This document shows, piece by piece, positions 16,435 to 25,120 of a stretch of DNA of 32,000 bases. Within the stretch, counting starts at the first letter, position 1; each line of letters starts with the position of its first letter. The translations under genes were made by a program, and so were the position numbers. The notes below the pieces were generated by a model. That model was given only the letters and a program-made list of their open reading frames with translations. It made no database searches and was not told the DNA's origin. The DNA comes from Breznakia blatticola (GTDB taxonomy: Bacteria; Bacillota_I; Bacilli_A; Erysipelotrichales; Erysipelotrichaceae): assembly GCF_004365815.1 (NCBI RefSeq), contig NZ_SODD01000003.1, forward strand, positions 30,001-62,000, in the 5' to 3' direction.

Positions 16435-17643
16435 ATGAAACAAACTTTAAAAACTTCGCAAACAGTCCAACAAAAACTGATCTTATCCACAAAAATGAAG
16501 GATTCACTTGATACATTAAGCATGGATCGTTCATCTCTTCTACGAATGTTACAAGAGGTTACACAAAACAATCCAGTTTTTGATTTTACACCAAACTATA
16601 GCAATGAGGATTCATTTTTTGAGTTAGCTTCTACAGGTGTTTCATTACGTGACGAACTTTATTTACAGTTACACACAAGTAATGCGTATTATGATGAAGA
16701 AGTTTGTAGTTTCATCATTGAATCACTAAATGAATATGGTTTTTTGAGTGACTCCATCGAGGATTGTGTTCGCACATTACAAATCGATACATCAACTTTT
16801 ATGGCAAACCTAGCACTTATTCAATCCTTTGAGCCTATTGGTGTAGCTGCTCGTAATTCTATTGATTCCATTTGCATTCAATTACAACATAAAGGATATG
16901 ATGAAGCAGCAAATTTATTAAAAGAATACCCAAAACAACTTGCCAATAAAGATTATTCGAATATCATCAAGAATACTTCTTATTCAAAACATGATATCGA
17001 TTTATTTTTAAAACAAATTCAGACATGCAATCCATATCCATGCTCAAATTATACAACTACAAATCAGCAAGTAATTACTCCTGAATTTAAAGTAGAAATA
17101 GATGAACATACGATCGAACTCATTCCTAATGATCTTGGTCATGTATATGTCCTTGATGAATATAAAGAATATACCGAAGAACTCAAGAGTTATTTTCAAG
17201 AAGCATATTTCTACATTGATGCAATTAGTAAACGAAATCAAACGTTAATGGTTTTAGCCAATGCGCTTTTTCATATTCAAAAGTCACATTTCTTATATAA
17301 TGATGAATTACAACCTTGTTCCTTAAAAAAACTTGCAGATTTGACAGGATTTCATGAGTCGACTGTTTCTCGTACGCTTTCTAATAAGTACTACGAATTT
17401 GGTGAACAAGTACTTCCATTGAAACATCTTTTCGTATCACAAACGAAAGGTGGTACGAGTAAAGATGCACTAATTAAAGCAATTAAATTACTAATTGAGC
17501 AAGAAGATCCAAATGCACCATTAACCGATGATGAATTAGTTGTCTTACTTGATGAGATGGAACTTAACGTTTCACGACGTACAATTGCAAAATATCGAAA
17601 ACAATTGAATATTCCTAACTCAAATAAGAGAAAACGAAAATAA
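16435..17643 (+). CDS. rpoN: RNA polymerase sigma-54 factor (RpoN/SigL); start revised to ATG 16435
   Basis: Gln/Leu-rich region I (MKQTLKTSQTVQQKLILSTKMKDSLDTL), a C-terminal HTH (LKKLADLTGFHESTVSRT) and the RpoN box SRRTIAKYRKQLNIP. At 402 aa it is compact, with little or no acidic region II. Confidence 0.9.
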   Translation: MKQTLKTSQTVQQKLILSTKMKDSLDTLSMDRSSLLRMLQEVTQNNPVFDFTPNYSNEDSFFELASTGVSLRDELYLQLHTSNAYYDEEVCSFIIESLNEYGFLSDSIEDCVRTLQIDTSTFMANLALIQSFEPIGVAARNSIDSICIQLQHKGYDEAANLLKEYPKQLANKDYSNIIKNTSYSKHDIDLFLKQIQTCNPYPCSNYTTTNQQVITPEFKVEIDEHTIELIPNDLGHVYVLDEYKEYTEELKSYFQEAYFYIDAISKRNQTLMVLANALFHIQKSHFLYNDELQPCSLKKLADLTGFHESTVSRTLSNKYYEFGEQVLPLKHLFVSQTKGGTSKDALIKAIKLLIEQEDPNAPLTDDELVVLLDEMELNVSRRTIAKYRKQLNIPNSNKRKRK

Positions 17644-17669
17644 AAAAAGAGAAAGACTATTCTTCCTCT
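17641..17669 (-). terminator. Weak intrinsic terminator for parB, overlapping the 3' ends of both convergent genes
   Basis: Minus-strand AGAGGAAGA-ATAG-TCTTTCTCT is followed by TTTTTTT. The parB stop codon lies in the loop and the T-run covers the rpoN stop. The stem is A/G-rich and contains a G-U pair. Confidence 0.35.
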
Positions 17670-18568
17670 AATAAATCTAATATTTCTAAGACACGGTTTA
17701 AATCATTTACACCATCATAGTGAATTGTAATCTTACGATCATCAATATCAACTTTTGTTTGTAAGCGATCTTGCATCATTTTTACAACACCATCGTAATT
17801 TGAAGCTTTACTTTCTTCTTTACGTTTGTTGACATATGGTGATTTCATTTCTTTTACTAAACGTTCTACCTGACGAACGCTCATCTTATCTTTAATTGCT
17901 TGTTTTGCTACAAGTTTCATATCATCTTGTGAATCAAGTGCAAGAATTGCACGTGCATGTCCCATTGTTAGTTTATTATCAGCAACATATCCTTGAATAT
18001 CTTTAGGTAGTTTTAATAAACGTAAAATGTTAGTAACGTGCTCTCTACTTTTTCCAACTTGTTTTGCAAGTTCTTCTTGTGTGTATCCAAGTTTCTCGAT
18101 CAAGTTTGCCATTGCTTGCGCTTCTTCAATCACATTTAAATCTTCACGTTGAATATTTTCAAGTAAAGAAATCTCCATCATTTGCTTATCATCAAAGTCG
18201 ACAACAATCGCTGGAATTTCTTTTAATTTTGCAATTTTTGATGCACGCAAACGACGTTCACCAGCAACAAGTTCATAACCGGTAACACTTTTCTTTACCA
18301 GAATTGGGGTAAAGACTCCATGCACTTCGATGGATTGTGCTAACTCTTCCAATGCTTTTTGATCAAATTCTTTACGTGGTTGGTATGGGTTTGGTTTAAT
18401 ACTTTTTACTTCAATCAAAGAAGCTTCATATCCTTCCACATTTCCTTGTTGTAGATTTTCTACAGCTTTACCTACTTCTTTTCCAAAGATTGCCTCAAAT
18501 CCAGCACCTCCAGTAATATCTTGAAGACCTTTTCCTAGTCCACCTTTTTTTCCGTTTTCTTTACTCAT
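17657..18568 (-). CDS. parB: Chromosome partitioning protein ParB/Spo0J; start revised to ATG 18568
   Basis: MSKENGKKGGLGKGL N-terminus, ParB box LVAGERRLRASK and HTH YTQEELAKQVGKSREHVTNILRLLKL. The revised start gives the common 8-nt ATGAGTAA overlap with parA. Confidence 0.9.
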   Translation of the reverse strand: MSKENGKKGGLGKGLQDITGGAGFEAIFGKEVGKAVENLQQGNVEGYEASLIEVKSIKPNPYQPRKEFDQKALEELAQSIEVHGVFTPILVKKSVTGYELVAGERRLRASKIAKLKEIPAIVVDFDDKQMMEISLLENIQREDLNVIEEAQAMANLIEKLGYTQEELAKQVGKSREHVTNILRLLKLPKDIQGYVADNKLTMGHARAILALDSQDDMKLVAKQAIKDKMSVRQVERLVKEMKSPYVNKRKEESKASNYDGVVKMMQDRLQTKVDIDDRKITIHYDGVNDLNRVLEILDLLEEE

Positions 18569-19346
18569 GTTTTGCCCCTTTTCGATTTGCTTTCTCAACT
18601 TCACTTGCTAATCCAGCATATGCTTTTGCACCCTCACAACGTACATCATATTCGAAAATTGACATACCACGGCTAGGTGATTCAGAAAGACGCACATTTC
18701 TTGGTATAAAGCTTTTGTAGACTTTATCCTTGAAGTGTTTTCGTACTTCTTGTTGGACTTCCAATGATAGTTTTGTTCTTGCATCAAACATTGTAAGAAC
18801 AACACCTTCTACTTCTAAATTTGGATTGAATAATTGTTGTACCAAACGAATCGTTAGTAACAATTGCATCAATCCTTCTAGTGCGTAATATTCACATTGT
18901 ACGGGAATAATTACGCTATCTGCAGCAGTAAGTGCATTGGTATTCAACAATCCTAGCGAAGGAGGACAATCGATAATAATAAAATCGTATTCATCTTTCA
19001 CTTTATCTAATTTATTTTTTAATAATTCTTCTTTACCTGTTTCGTATTGCACCATTTGTAAATCCGCTCCAGCTAATGAGATATTTGCTGGAATTAAATC
19101 AATTGGTGGATTTACCAATTTCTTACGCATTTGATCCACTTCATAATCTTCCATGATCAAATTGTAAACACTGAGTTTGCTGTCATCATTATTTGCACCA
19201 ACACCCTGTGTTGCATTTCCTTGTGGATCAAAATCAACAAGTAGTACTTTCTTACCTAAATAACCAAGTCCACTAGCAAGATTTATCGCCGTAGTGGTTT
19301 TCCCGACACCACCTTTTTGGTTAGATATTGCAATAATCTTTCCCAT
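18561..19346 (-). CDS. parA: Chromosome partitioning ATPase ParA/Soj
   Basis: Deviant Walker A (IAISNQKGGVGKTTT), 261 aa, with the SD GAAAGGGG upstream. Confidence 0.93.
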   Translation of the reverse strand: MGKIIAISNQKGGVGKTTTAINLASGLGYLGKKVLLVDFDPQGNATQGVGANNDDSKLSVYNLIMEDYEVDQMRKKLVNPPIDLIPANISLAGADLQMVQYETGKEELLKNKLDKVKDEYDFIIIDCPPSLGLLNTNALTAADSVIIPVQCEYYALEGLMQLLLTIRLVQQLFNPNLEVEGVVLTMFDARTKLSLEVQQEVRKHFKDKVYKSFIPRNVRLSESPSRGMSIFEYDVRCEGAKAYAGLASEVEKANRKGAKHE

Positions 19347-19357
19347 AAGTCCCCTTT

Positions 19358-20122
19358 CTATTTCGTAATTTTTAGTGTAATCGTTACGAAATCTTCCTCT
19401 TCAGATTGGGCATAGTCAATCGAGATACCACTCTTTTCAACCATTTCCACTGCTCTTTTAATGGTATTAATACCAATTTGTACATTTCTTGATACACCTT
19501 TAACGGTTTTTGCGACAACCGGTTTCTTCTCTTTTTTCTTTTTCGCAATTTCACTTTCTACTTGTGAAACCGTCCAACGATTCTTAATTACTTGGTCTAA
19601 GATTTCGTTTTGGCTTTCTCCATCTAATGATAACATACTTCGTGCATGTCGTTCACTGATCAATTTACTTTCTACTGCATTTTGGACATTGATATCTAGT
19701 TGCAATAAACGTAATTTATTTGCAATCGCAGGTTGTGATTTTCCTAAACGTTTTGCAAGTTCTGCTTGTGTCATATTGAATTGACGCAAAATATGATCAT
19801 AGGCTTTTGCTTCTTCAATTGCACTAAGATCTTCGCGTTGTACATTTTCAACAACTGCCATATATGCAGAATCTTTTACATCACTTTCTACAATATATGC
19901 AGGTATGGTTTCATATTTTAAGTATTTCGTGGCACGTAATCGACGTTCCCCTGCTACAAGTTCATAACCATCATCAACAATCCGTACACTGATCGGTTGA
20001 ACTAAACCATTTTCACGAATCGAATTGGCTAATTCAATAATTGCATCCACATCAAAGAATGAACGTGGTTGGTTTGGATTGATTTTAATTTCATCTATGT
20101 TTATGTCTCGTATTTCACTCAT
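19358..20122 (-). CDS. noc: ParB-family nucleoid occlusion protein Noc-like
   Basis: ParB N-domain (LVAGERRLRATK), HTH MTQAELAKRLGKSQPAIANKLRLLQL and a Noc-type C-terminal tail (GINTIKRAVEMVEKSGISIDYAQSEEEDFVTITLKITK) resembling B. subtilis Noc as recalled. It sits between rsmG and parA as in Bacillus and overlaps rsmG with ATGA. Confidence 0.8.
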   Translation of the reverse strand: MSEIRDINIDEIKINPNQPRSFFDVDAIIELANSIRENGLVQPISVRIVDDGYELVAGERRLRATKYLKYETIPAYIVESDVKDSAYMAVVENVQREDLSAIEEAKAYDHILRQFNMTQAELAKRLGKSQPAIANKLRLLQLDINVQNAVESKLISERHARSMLSLDGESQNEILDQVIKNRWTVSQVESEIAKKKKEKKPVVAKTVKGVSRNVQIGINTIKRAVEMVEKSGISIDYAQSEEEDFVTITLKITK

Positions 20123-20829
20123 GCTTTTCTCCTCAACGGGTTCTTTTTTATCTGCGCAAATGGACGCGGATATTTTTTCGGTGTCGAATCGACTTTTTTT
20201 ATAATTAGGTTGTTGCGTTGTTGACCAAAAAACTCTTGATGATCAATACGCTCAACACTTCCTTTTAATGTTTGTATTGCAAATGCTGCCTCTTGTAATT
20301 CATCATCAGCACCTGGCCCTTTCAAGGCCACAAAAAATCCACCTTTTTTTACTAGCGGCAAACATAATTCACTTAACATTGTTAAGTTTGCAACCGCTCT
20401 AGCTGTCACAATATCAAATGATTCTCGATGATTTTTGGCAAAGTCCTCTGCTCTAGCATTCATAATTGTAAGATTTGATAATCCTAGTTGTTTTTTTACC
20501 TCATTTAAAAAGGTACAACGTTTTTGCAGTGGTTCAACAATCGTTACCTTTAACTCTGGGTATAATATCAAGCACGGTACACTAGGAAAACCAGCCCCTG
20601 CACCTACATCGCAAAGACTGCCTTTTATATCAACCGCGTAAGCTAAAAGAAAACTATCGAGAAAATGTTTCTCATAGATCCCTTGTTCATCGACGATTGC
20701 CGTCAGATTCATTTTTTGATTCCATTCAACTAATAAGTCTGCATACTTTGCAAATTGAAGTTTCATTTCTTCACTAACTTCAATTCCTTTTTTTGCGACT
20801 TGTTGATAGAAGAATTCTTTCTTATTCAT
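20119..20829 (-). CDS. rsmG: 16S rRNA (guanine527-N7)-methyltransferase RsmG (GidB)
   Basis: LVEWNQKMNLTAI, SAM motif CDVGAGAGFPSVP, FDIVTARAVANLTMLSELCLPLVKKGGFFVALKG and C-terminal TPKKYPR. It is near-colinear with B. subtilis GidB as recalled. Confidence 0.92.
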   Translation of the reverse strand: MNKKEFFYQQVAKKGIEVSEEMKLQFAKYADLLVEWNQKMNLTAIVDEQGIYEKHFLDSFLLAYAVDIKGSLCDVGAGAGFPSVPCLILYPELKVTIVEPLQKRCTFLNEVKKQLGLSNLTIMNARAEDFAKNHRESFDIVTARAVANLTMLSELCLPLVKKGGFFVALKGPGADDELQEAAFAIQTLKGSVERIDHQEFFGQQRNNLIIKKVDSTPKKYPRPFAQIKKNPLRRKA

Positions 20830-20877
20830 ATGCCTACCTATTATAGCATATAATCCGAAAATTCATTCCCTTGACAT

Positions 20878-20920
20878 AAAAAAATTGGGTTCATTATTAT
20901 CTAATCATAATAACGAACCC
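20878..20920 (-). terminator. Strong intrinsic terminator upstream of rsmG with no annotated gene to terminate
   Basis: On the minus strand, GGGTTCGTTATTAT-GATTAG-ATAATAATGAACCC forms a 14-bp stem with one G-U pair, followed by AATTTTTTTA. The mismatch makes the hairpin better on the minus-strand transcript than on the plus. Confidence 0.7.
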
Positions 20921-21522
20921 GTCAACAATTCAAATTTTCCAAACAATTTCTCCTTTTCTTTACTTCTAACTTCTTTGTTGTTGATGTTTTTCCTACATTC
21001 TTACTTTTCTGTTGTATTTTCTTCTTCAATTACTTCGTCAAATTATTTTGATTGTAGTTACCTTATCACTTACCTATATTTACTTTCTCTTACTTCTATG
21101 CTCATTGTTATCAGCTAGGTGTCATAATGTATTAATCAACAACTTTTTTCTTTTGTCCAAATGAATTTCTATTCACCCTAATTTGATAGCGGATACTGCC
21201 TGAATAACCCAAATGTATTATTCATTCCTATTGCCTTATCATATTCAAATGTAGTCTTTGTCAATTTTTTCATTTAGACTGCTTATGTTCCCATGGGTCT
21301 AAGCTCCTTTCTGTTTGGAAATTTATGCGAGGTAGCTAAAGCTTTTTCCTTTAGTCTTCCTCCTTACTTACATTATACGTATAGAAATAGATTTGTTAAT
21401 GGCACTGTCCAATTCTGCTCGTTTTATGGAAGATTCGGATTTTTACATAATTTGAATTCTTTTTCACTAATTTTTAGGATAATCTTTTTACTTTTTCCAA
21501 TATATAAACGAGGAGGTTTTCT

Positions 21523-24500
21523 ATGAAAATTAAACGATTGATTTATGTAATGCTCGTCATGCTTATCAGTTTTAGTAGTGTAGCCTTCTATCCTAATAAA
21601 CAAGCACGAGCACAAAATGGAAATCTATCACAGATTTCTACAGGGATATCCTATCGCTGGGAAGCCACAGCAGGAAATGTAAATGGAATGGCTGCAGGAT
21701 GGGGTACATTGCATGCTTTCACTGTAGATGGACAACGTGCACTTTGTATTGATCCAGCAATTGAGGCAAGTCTAGGACCTGGATATCAAGCAAGTCCATT
21801 ACCTAACAACACTTTGCAAACACGCATTGCTCGTTTAGCAATCGCAAATAATTATGCAAATATGTCAAACGAGGAAATCAGCATTTTTAATGCATATGTA
21901 TGGAAAATATTACATCCAAATTTAGCCTATGCTTCTCTTGATGTCGCTAACTTTCAACAGCGTATCCAACACTGGGAAGCCATAAATACAAATTATTGGC
22001 TTAAACCAACCTATGCGCTTGGTGATGGCTCAATCAAGGCAAATGAGACACGTAGCTTTGCTGTAAATAATCAAGCCACGAATCATGCTTGGAAAGTCGT
22101 GTCAGCAAGTCCAAACGTATCAGCAAGCATACAGTCACAAAACACATTACATGTGCAAAATAATAATACAACAGATGATACGATTACTATTACTTTAGAA
22201 AAGGATATCGGAAACTATAAAGGTGGCGCAACGATGTTTACCAAAACTGGTGCACAAACTTTAGCAAGTTACAAACTTACGCAAAGTGATACGATGCAAA
22301 TCACCTTAAAGAACATTCGTTATGGTGCTCTTGAGATAACAAAAGTCGATGAACGCGGAACCCCAGTTGCAGGTGTAAGTTTTGATTTAGCTACTGATAT
22401 GCAGATGCAACATAAAATAGGTACGTATATAACTGGTGAACAAGGAAGTGTGCGTATCGAGAACCTTCTTCCACAAACATTGTATTTACAGGAAGTTGCT
22501 GTTGTTGCACCTTTAGTTGTCGATCCAAAAGTTGTACCTATATATATTCAACCAAATAAAACTTATACATATACAATGAGCAACAAGCGTGCAAAAGGAA
22601 CTATCAACTTGCATAAACAAGATGCAACAAACGGTTTCACTCCACAAGGAGATGCATCATTGTATCCTGCAACCTATGAAGTGTTTGCACATGAAGATAT
22701 TATCGATCCAGTTAGTAAACATGTACTTTTACCAAAAGACACATCGATTGGTCAACAAAGTACAAGCAAAGAGAATCTAACGTTATCTTGGCAAGGCTTA
22801 GAATTAGGAACTTACCGAATCGAAGAAACAAAAGCACCTAATGGCTATGCAAAAGATAAAGCCAAGATTATTAAACTAACGTATGAAAATCAAACAACGG
22901 ATGTAATTACACGTGATGTGACTTCTTATGAACAAGTATATCAAGGACAACTAGCGATTATAAAAGTGTGGGGTCCATCATCAGGGTTACAGTTAAATGA
23001 ACAAGGTGCTGAATTTACCATACAGCTTGCTTCAGAAGTAGAGCGTATCGGAAAAGAGAATGCAATAATTTACGATACACTTTGTACCAACGAGAAAGGA
23101 TATGCAAAAAGTAAACCCCTTCCTTATGGTACATACATTATCACAAACACAAAAACCGGAAATCTAAATTTACATAAAGCTCCGGATATGACTTTCACGG
23201 TAAAAGAAGAAAACCAAGAACTTCAAACCTATGTTGTTCGCAACAATCAATTTGAAGCATATGCTAAATTGATAAAAGTGGATGCAAACACAAATCAAAA
23301 AGTTACATACTCAGCAGCAAGTTTTAAACTAAAAGATGCAGATGGAAAGTATGTAAGTCAACGAGTTGGAAATAAAGTATATGATACATTTACAACAACA
23401 GAAGATGGACATATCACAAGCAAAGTAACTGGTGAAGCATTTACACCATTAAAACTTCGTGCAGGTACTTATACTGTTGAAGAAATCAAAACACCTGAAG
23501 GTATGTTAGCTCTTGATTATACACCAACACTTATCATTTCAAGTGATAGCGAGTTCTTAGAAAGCGATGAAGATGGAAATAGTGTAATAAGCTTAGTCAT
23601 TAAAAACAAACAACCTACTGCAACTATCCAACTGCAGAAAACATGGGAAATGCCACTAGCTAGTCATACCTATAGTGCTGGATTTGAACTACAAGTTTTA
23701 GATGATATCCTTTCACCAATTGATGGTTCAACGCTATATAAAAAAGGTGACATAATTGTAAATAAAGATTCAGAAGATGGATATTTTTACACAGATGAAA
23801 ATCATCTTCTACAAATTACGAACTTACCAATTTCTGTAGTAGGTAAAACTCGTTATGCTCTCCTAGAAAAAGTTACATCAACTGGATATCTGCTTCATGA
23901 AGAACCACTTATTTATACATTTAGTCAAGCTGATAATAAGACAGCAACTTACACGGAAAGTAAAAAACTAGAAAATACATATATTCGCACCAATCTTGTC
24001 ATTGAGAAAATTGATGCATACACAAATGAAAGCATTACGGATCTTGATGGGTTCGAATTTAGTCTGAGTTATACTTGGCACGACAAAGAATATCATCAAA
24101 CAAGTAGTATTGATTCAAGTACAGGAAAAATAGCATTTACAGATTTACCTTATGGTGCAACAGTTCATGTCACAGAAAGCAAAAGCAATGGTCTATATAT
24201 ACTATCAGATGAAGTGTATACATTCGTTATAGATGAAACATTTAGCGATTTAGGAAGTACACATACCATTGCATATGCAAACGTCCCAAAACCAAAGTTA
24301 TCAACGATTGCTTTCAACAAGGATGAAGAAAAAATTATTGACCCAACTGTTGATCAAGTTTTAGTAGATCGTTTACTATATGAAAATATCGATACCAATC
24401 AAGCCTATACATTAGTTACTGAAATAATTGATAAACAAAGTACCTCATGTATCCAGTCATTCACTAGTGAAGATATTCGTTTTGAAACACACGATGGCAT

Positions 24501-25110
24501 CTATGAAGTAGAACATCATGTGCCAGCAAATACCTTCAGCGATGATGATGAAATCGTATTTTATGAATATCTATACATCAAAGATGACTATGTAGAGAAA
24601 AAAGATTTAGTACCATACGTAGCACATGAAGATATCAACAGTGATGATCAAAGTATTGCATTTCAATCAACAGAACATACAATCTATGTAGAAAAAAGAG
24701 ATACACATTCAAAAGAACCTATCAAAGGTGATAAAAATAAAGAAGTTATCTTCGAAGCAAATTTCTATAAAGATGATACATGCGTACAAACAAAAGAAAT
24801 TACTTCAGAAAGCGAAACTGGAGTAGCTACTTTATCATTTGCAGGTTCTGGAAGTTATGATCGTATTGAAATAAAAGAAATCAAAGCACCAATGGGATAT
24901 CAAATATCTGATGAAATCATTACCGTACAAATGGATGACTTCGATGATGAACATGTCTACACGATTCATTATTTCAATTCTCTAATTGAATCGATGACAC
25001 TCCCAGCAACAAATGATACAAGTCAAATTCATTTCTTTATCACTTTGATTTGCACTTCGATTGGTGGAGTATGTATATTACGATACAGAAAACATCGTGA
25101 AACACCATAG
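21523..25110 (+). CDS. Cell-wall-anchored multi-domain adhesin (Cna-B/SpaA-type prealbumin-fold repeats, VaFE/ester-bond-like module), with a non-canonical LPATN sorting signal
   Basis: Signal peptide MKIKRLIYVMLVMLISFSSVAFYPNKQARA. At least six modules begin hxhxKxD (LEITKVDERG, INLHKQDATNG, AKLIKVDANTN, LVIEKIDAYTN, IYVEKRDTHS) and contain GTYxhxExKAPxGY-type strands. The C-terminus is LPATND plus a hydrophobic segment plus RYRKHRE. The SD GAGGAGG lies upstream. Confidence 0.85.
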   Translation: MKIKRLIYVMLVMLISFSSVAFYPNKQARAQNGNLSQISTGISYRWEATAGNVNGMAAGWGTLHAFTVDGQRALCIDPAIEASLGPGYQASPLPNNTLQTRIARLAIANNYANMSNEEISIFNAYVWKILHPNLAYASLDVANFQQRIQHWEAINTNYWLKPTYALGDGSIKANETRSFAVNNQATNHAWKVVSASPNVSASIQSQNTLHVQNNNTTDDTITITLEKDIGNYKGGATMFTKTGAQTLASYKLTQSDTMQITLKNIRYGALEITKVDERGTPVAGVSFDLATDMQMQHKIGTYITGEQGSVRIENLLPQTLYLQEVAVVAPLVVDPKVVPIYIQPNKTYTYTMSNKRAKGTINLHKQDATNGFTPQGDASLYPATYEVFAHEDIIDPVSKHVLLPKDTSIGQQSTSKENLTLSWQGLELGTYRIEETKAPNGYAKDKAKIIKLTYENQTTDVITRDVTSYEQVYQGQLAIIKVWGPSSGLQLNEQGAEFTIQLASEVERIGKENAIIYDTLCTNEKGYAKSKPLPYGTYIITNTKTGNLNLHKAPDMTFTVKEENQELQTYVVRNNQFEAYAKLIKVDANTNQKVTYSAASFKLKDADGKYVSQRVGNKVYDTFTTTEDGHITSKVTGEAFTPLKLRAGTYTVEEIKTPEGMLALDYTPTLIISSDSEFLESDEDGNSVISLVIKNKQPTATIQLQKTWEMPLASHTYSAGFELQVLDDILSPIDGSTLYKKGDIIVNKDSEDGYFYTDENHLLQITNLPISVVGKTRYALLEKVTSTGYLLHEEPLIYTFSQADNKTATYTESKKLENTYIRTNLVIEKIDAYTNESITDLDGFEFSLSYTWHDKEYHQTSSIDSSTGKIAFTDLPYGATVHVTESKSNGLYILSDEVYTFVIDETFSDLGSTHTIAYANVPKPKLSTIAFNKDEEKIIDPTVDQVLVDRLLYENIDTNQAYTLVTEIIDKQSTSCIQSFTSEDIRFETHDGIYEVEHHVPANTFSDDDEIVFYEYLYIKDDYVEKKDLVPYVAHEDINSDDQSIAFQSTEHTIYVEKRDTHSKEPIKGDKNKEVIFEANFYKDDTCVQTKEITSESETGVATLSFAGSGSYDRIEIKEIKAPMGYQISDEIITVQMDDFDDEHVYTIHYFNSLIESMTLPATNDTSQIHFFITLICTSIGGVCILRYRKHRETP

Positions 25111-25120
25111 AAAACAAATC

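Noticed and set aside
16483-16491. Perfect DnaA-box consensus TTATCCACA
   Set aside because: It is a single copy inside the rpoN coding region with no cluster or AT-rich unwinding element nearby. It is not evidence for oriC.
17567-17582. parS-like half sites (GTTTCACG at 17569-17576; also CGTGAAACA at 25096-25104 and TTCCACGT near 7263)
   Set aside because: Each matches only one arm of the 16-bp parS palindrome (about 10/16 or less overall). I found no full site by eye, though a computational scan would be needed to be sure.
20932-21324. Inverted repeat AAATTTTCCAAAC (20932-20944) / GTTTGGAAATTT (21313-21324) flanking about 370 bp upstream of the adhesin gene, as a possible invertible phase-variation switch
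   Set aside because: It is only 12-13 nt long with an indel, in very AT-rich DNA where such matches are expected by chance. There is no recombinase gene nearby. It would be worth revisiting only if read-mapping shows both orientations.
21366-21390. dif-like sequence ACTTACATTATACGTATAGAAATAG
   Set aside because: One arm resembles the Firmicute dif XerC/XerD arm (TTACAT.ATA), but the other arm does not (about 15/28 overall). The locus also has origin-type rather than terminus-type gene content.
21400-21419. TGGCAC hexamer upstream of the adhesin gene, as a possible sigma-54 promoter
   Set aside because: The next GC dinucleotide is 14 nt after GG instead of 10, and there is no TTGC at -12. 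Other TGGCAC occurrences (near 24075 and 24525) are intragenic and also lack the -12 element. A TGGCC...TTGC pair upstream of operon 1 (5290-5309) also has the wrong spacing.
20885-21526. Two 77-aa plus-strand ORFs (20885-21118 and 21293-21526) in the rsmG-adhesin gap
   Set aside because: They are Ser/Leu/Phe-rich translations of a pyrimidine-rich strand with no RBS. The first starts inside the terminator hairpin and the second runs into the adhesin RBS and start codon. I treat them as non-coding.
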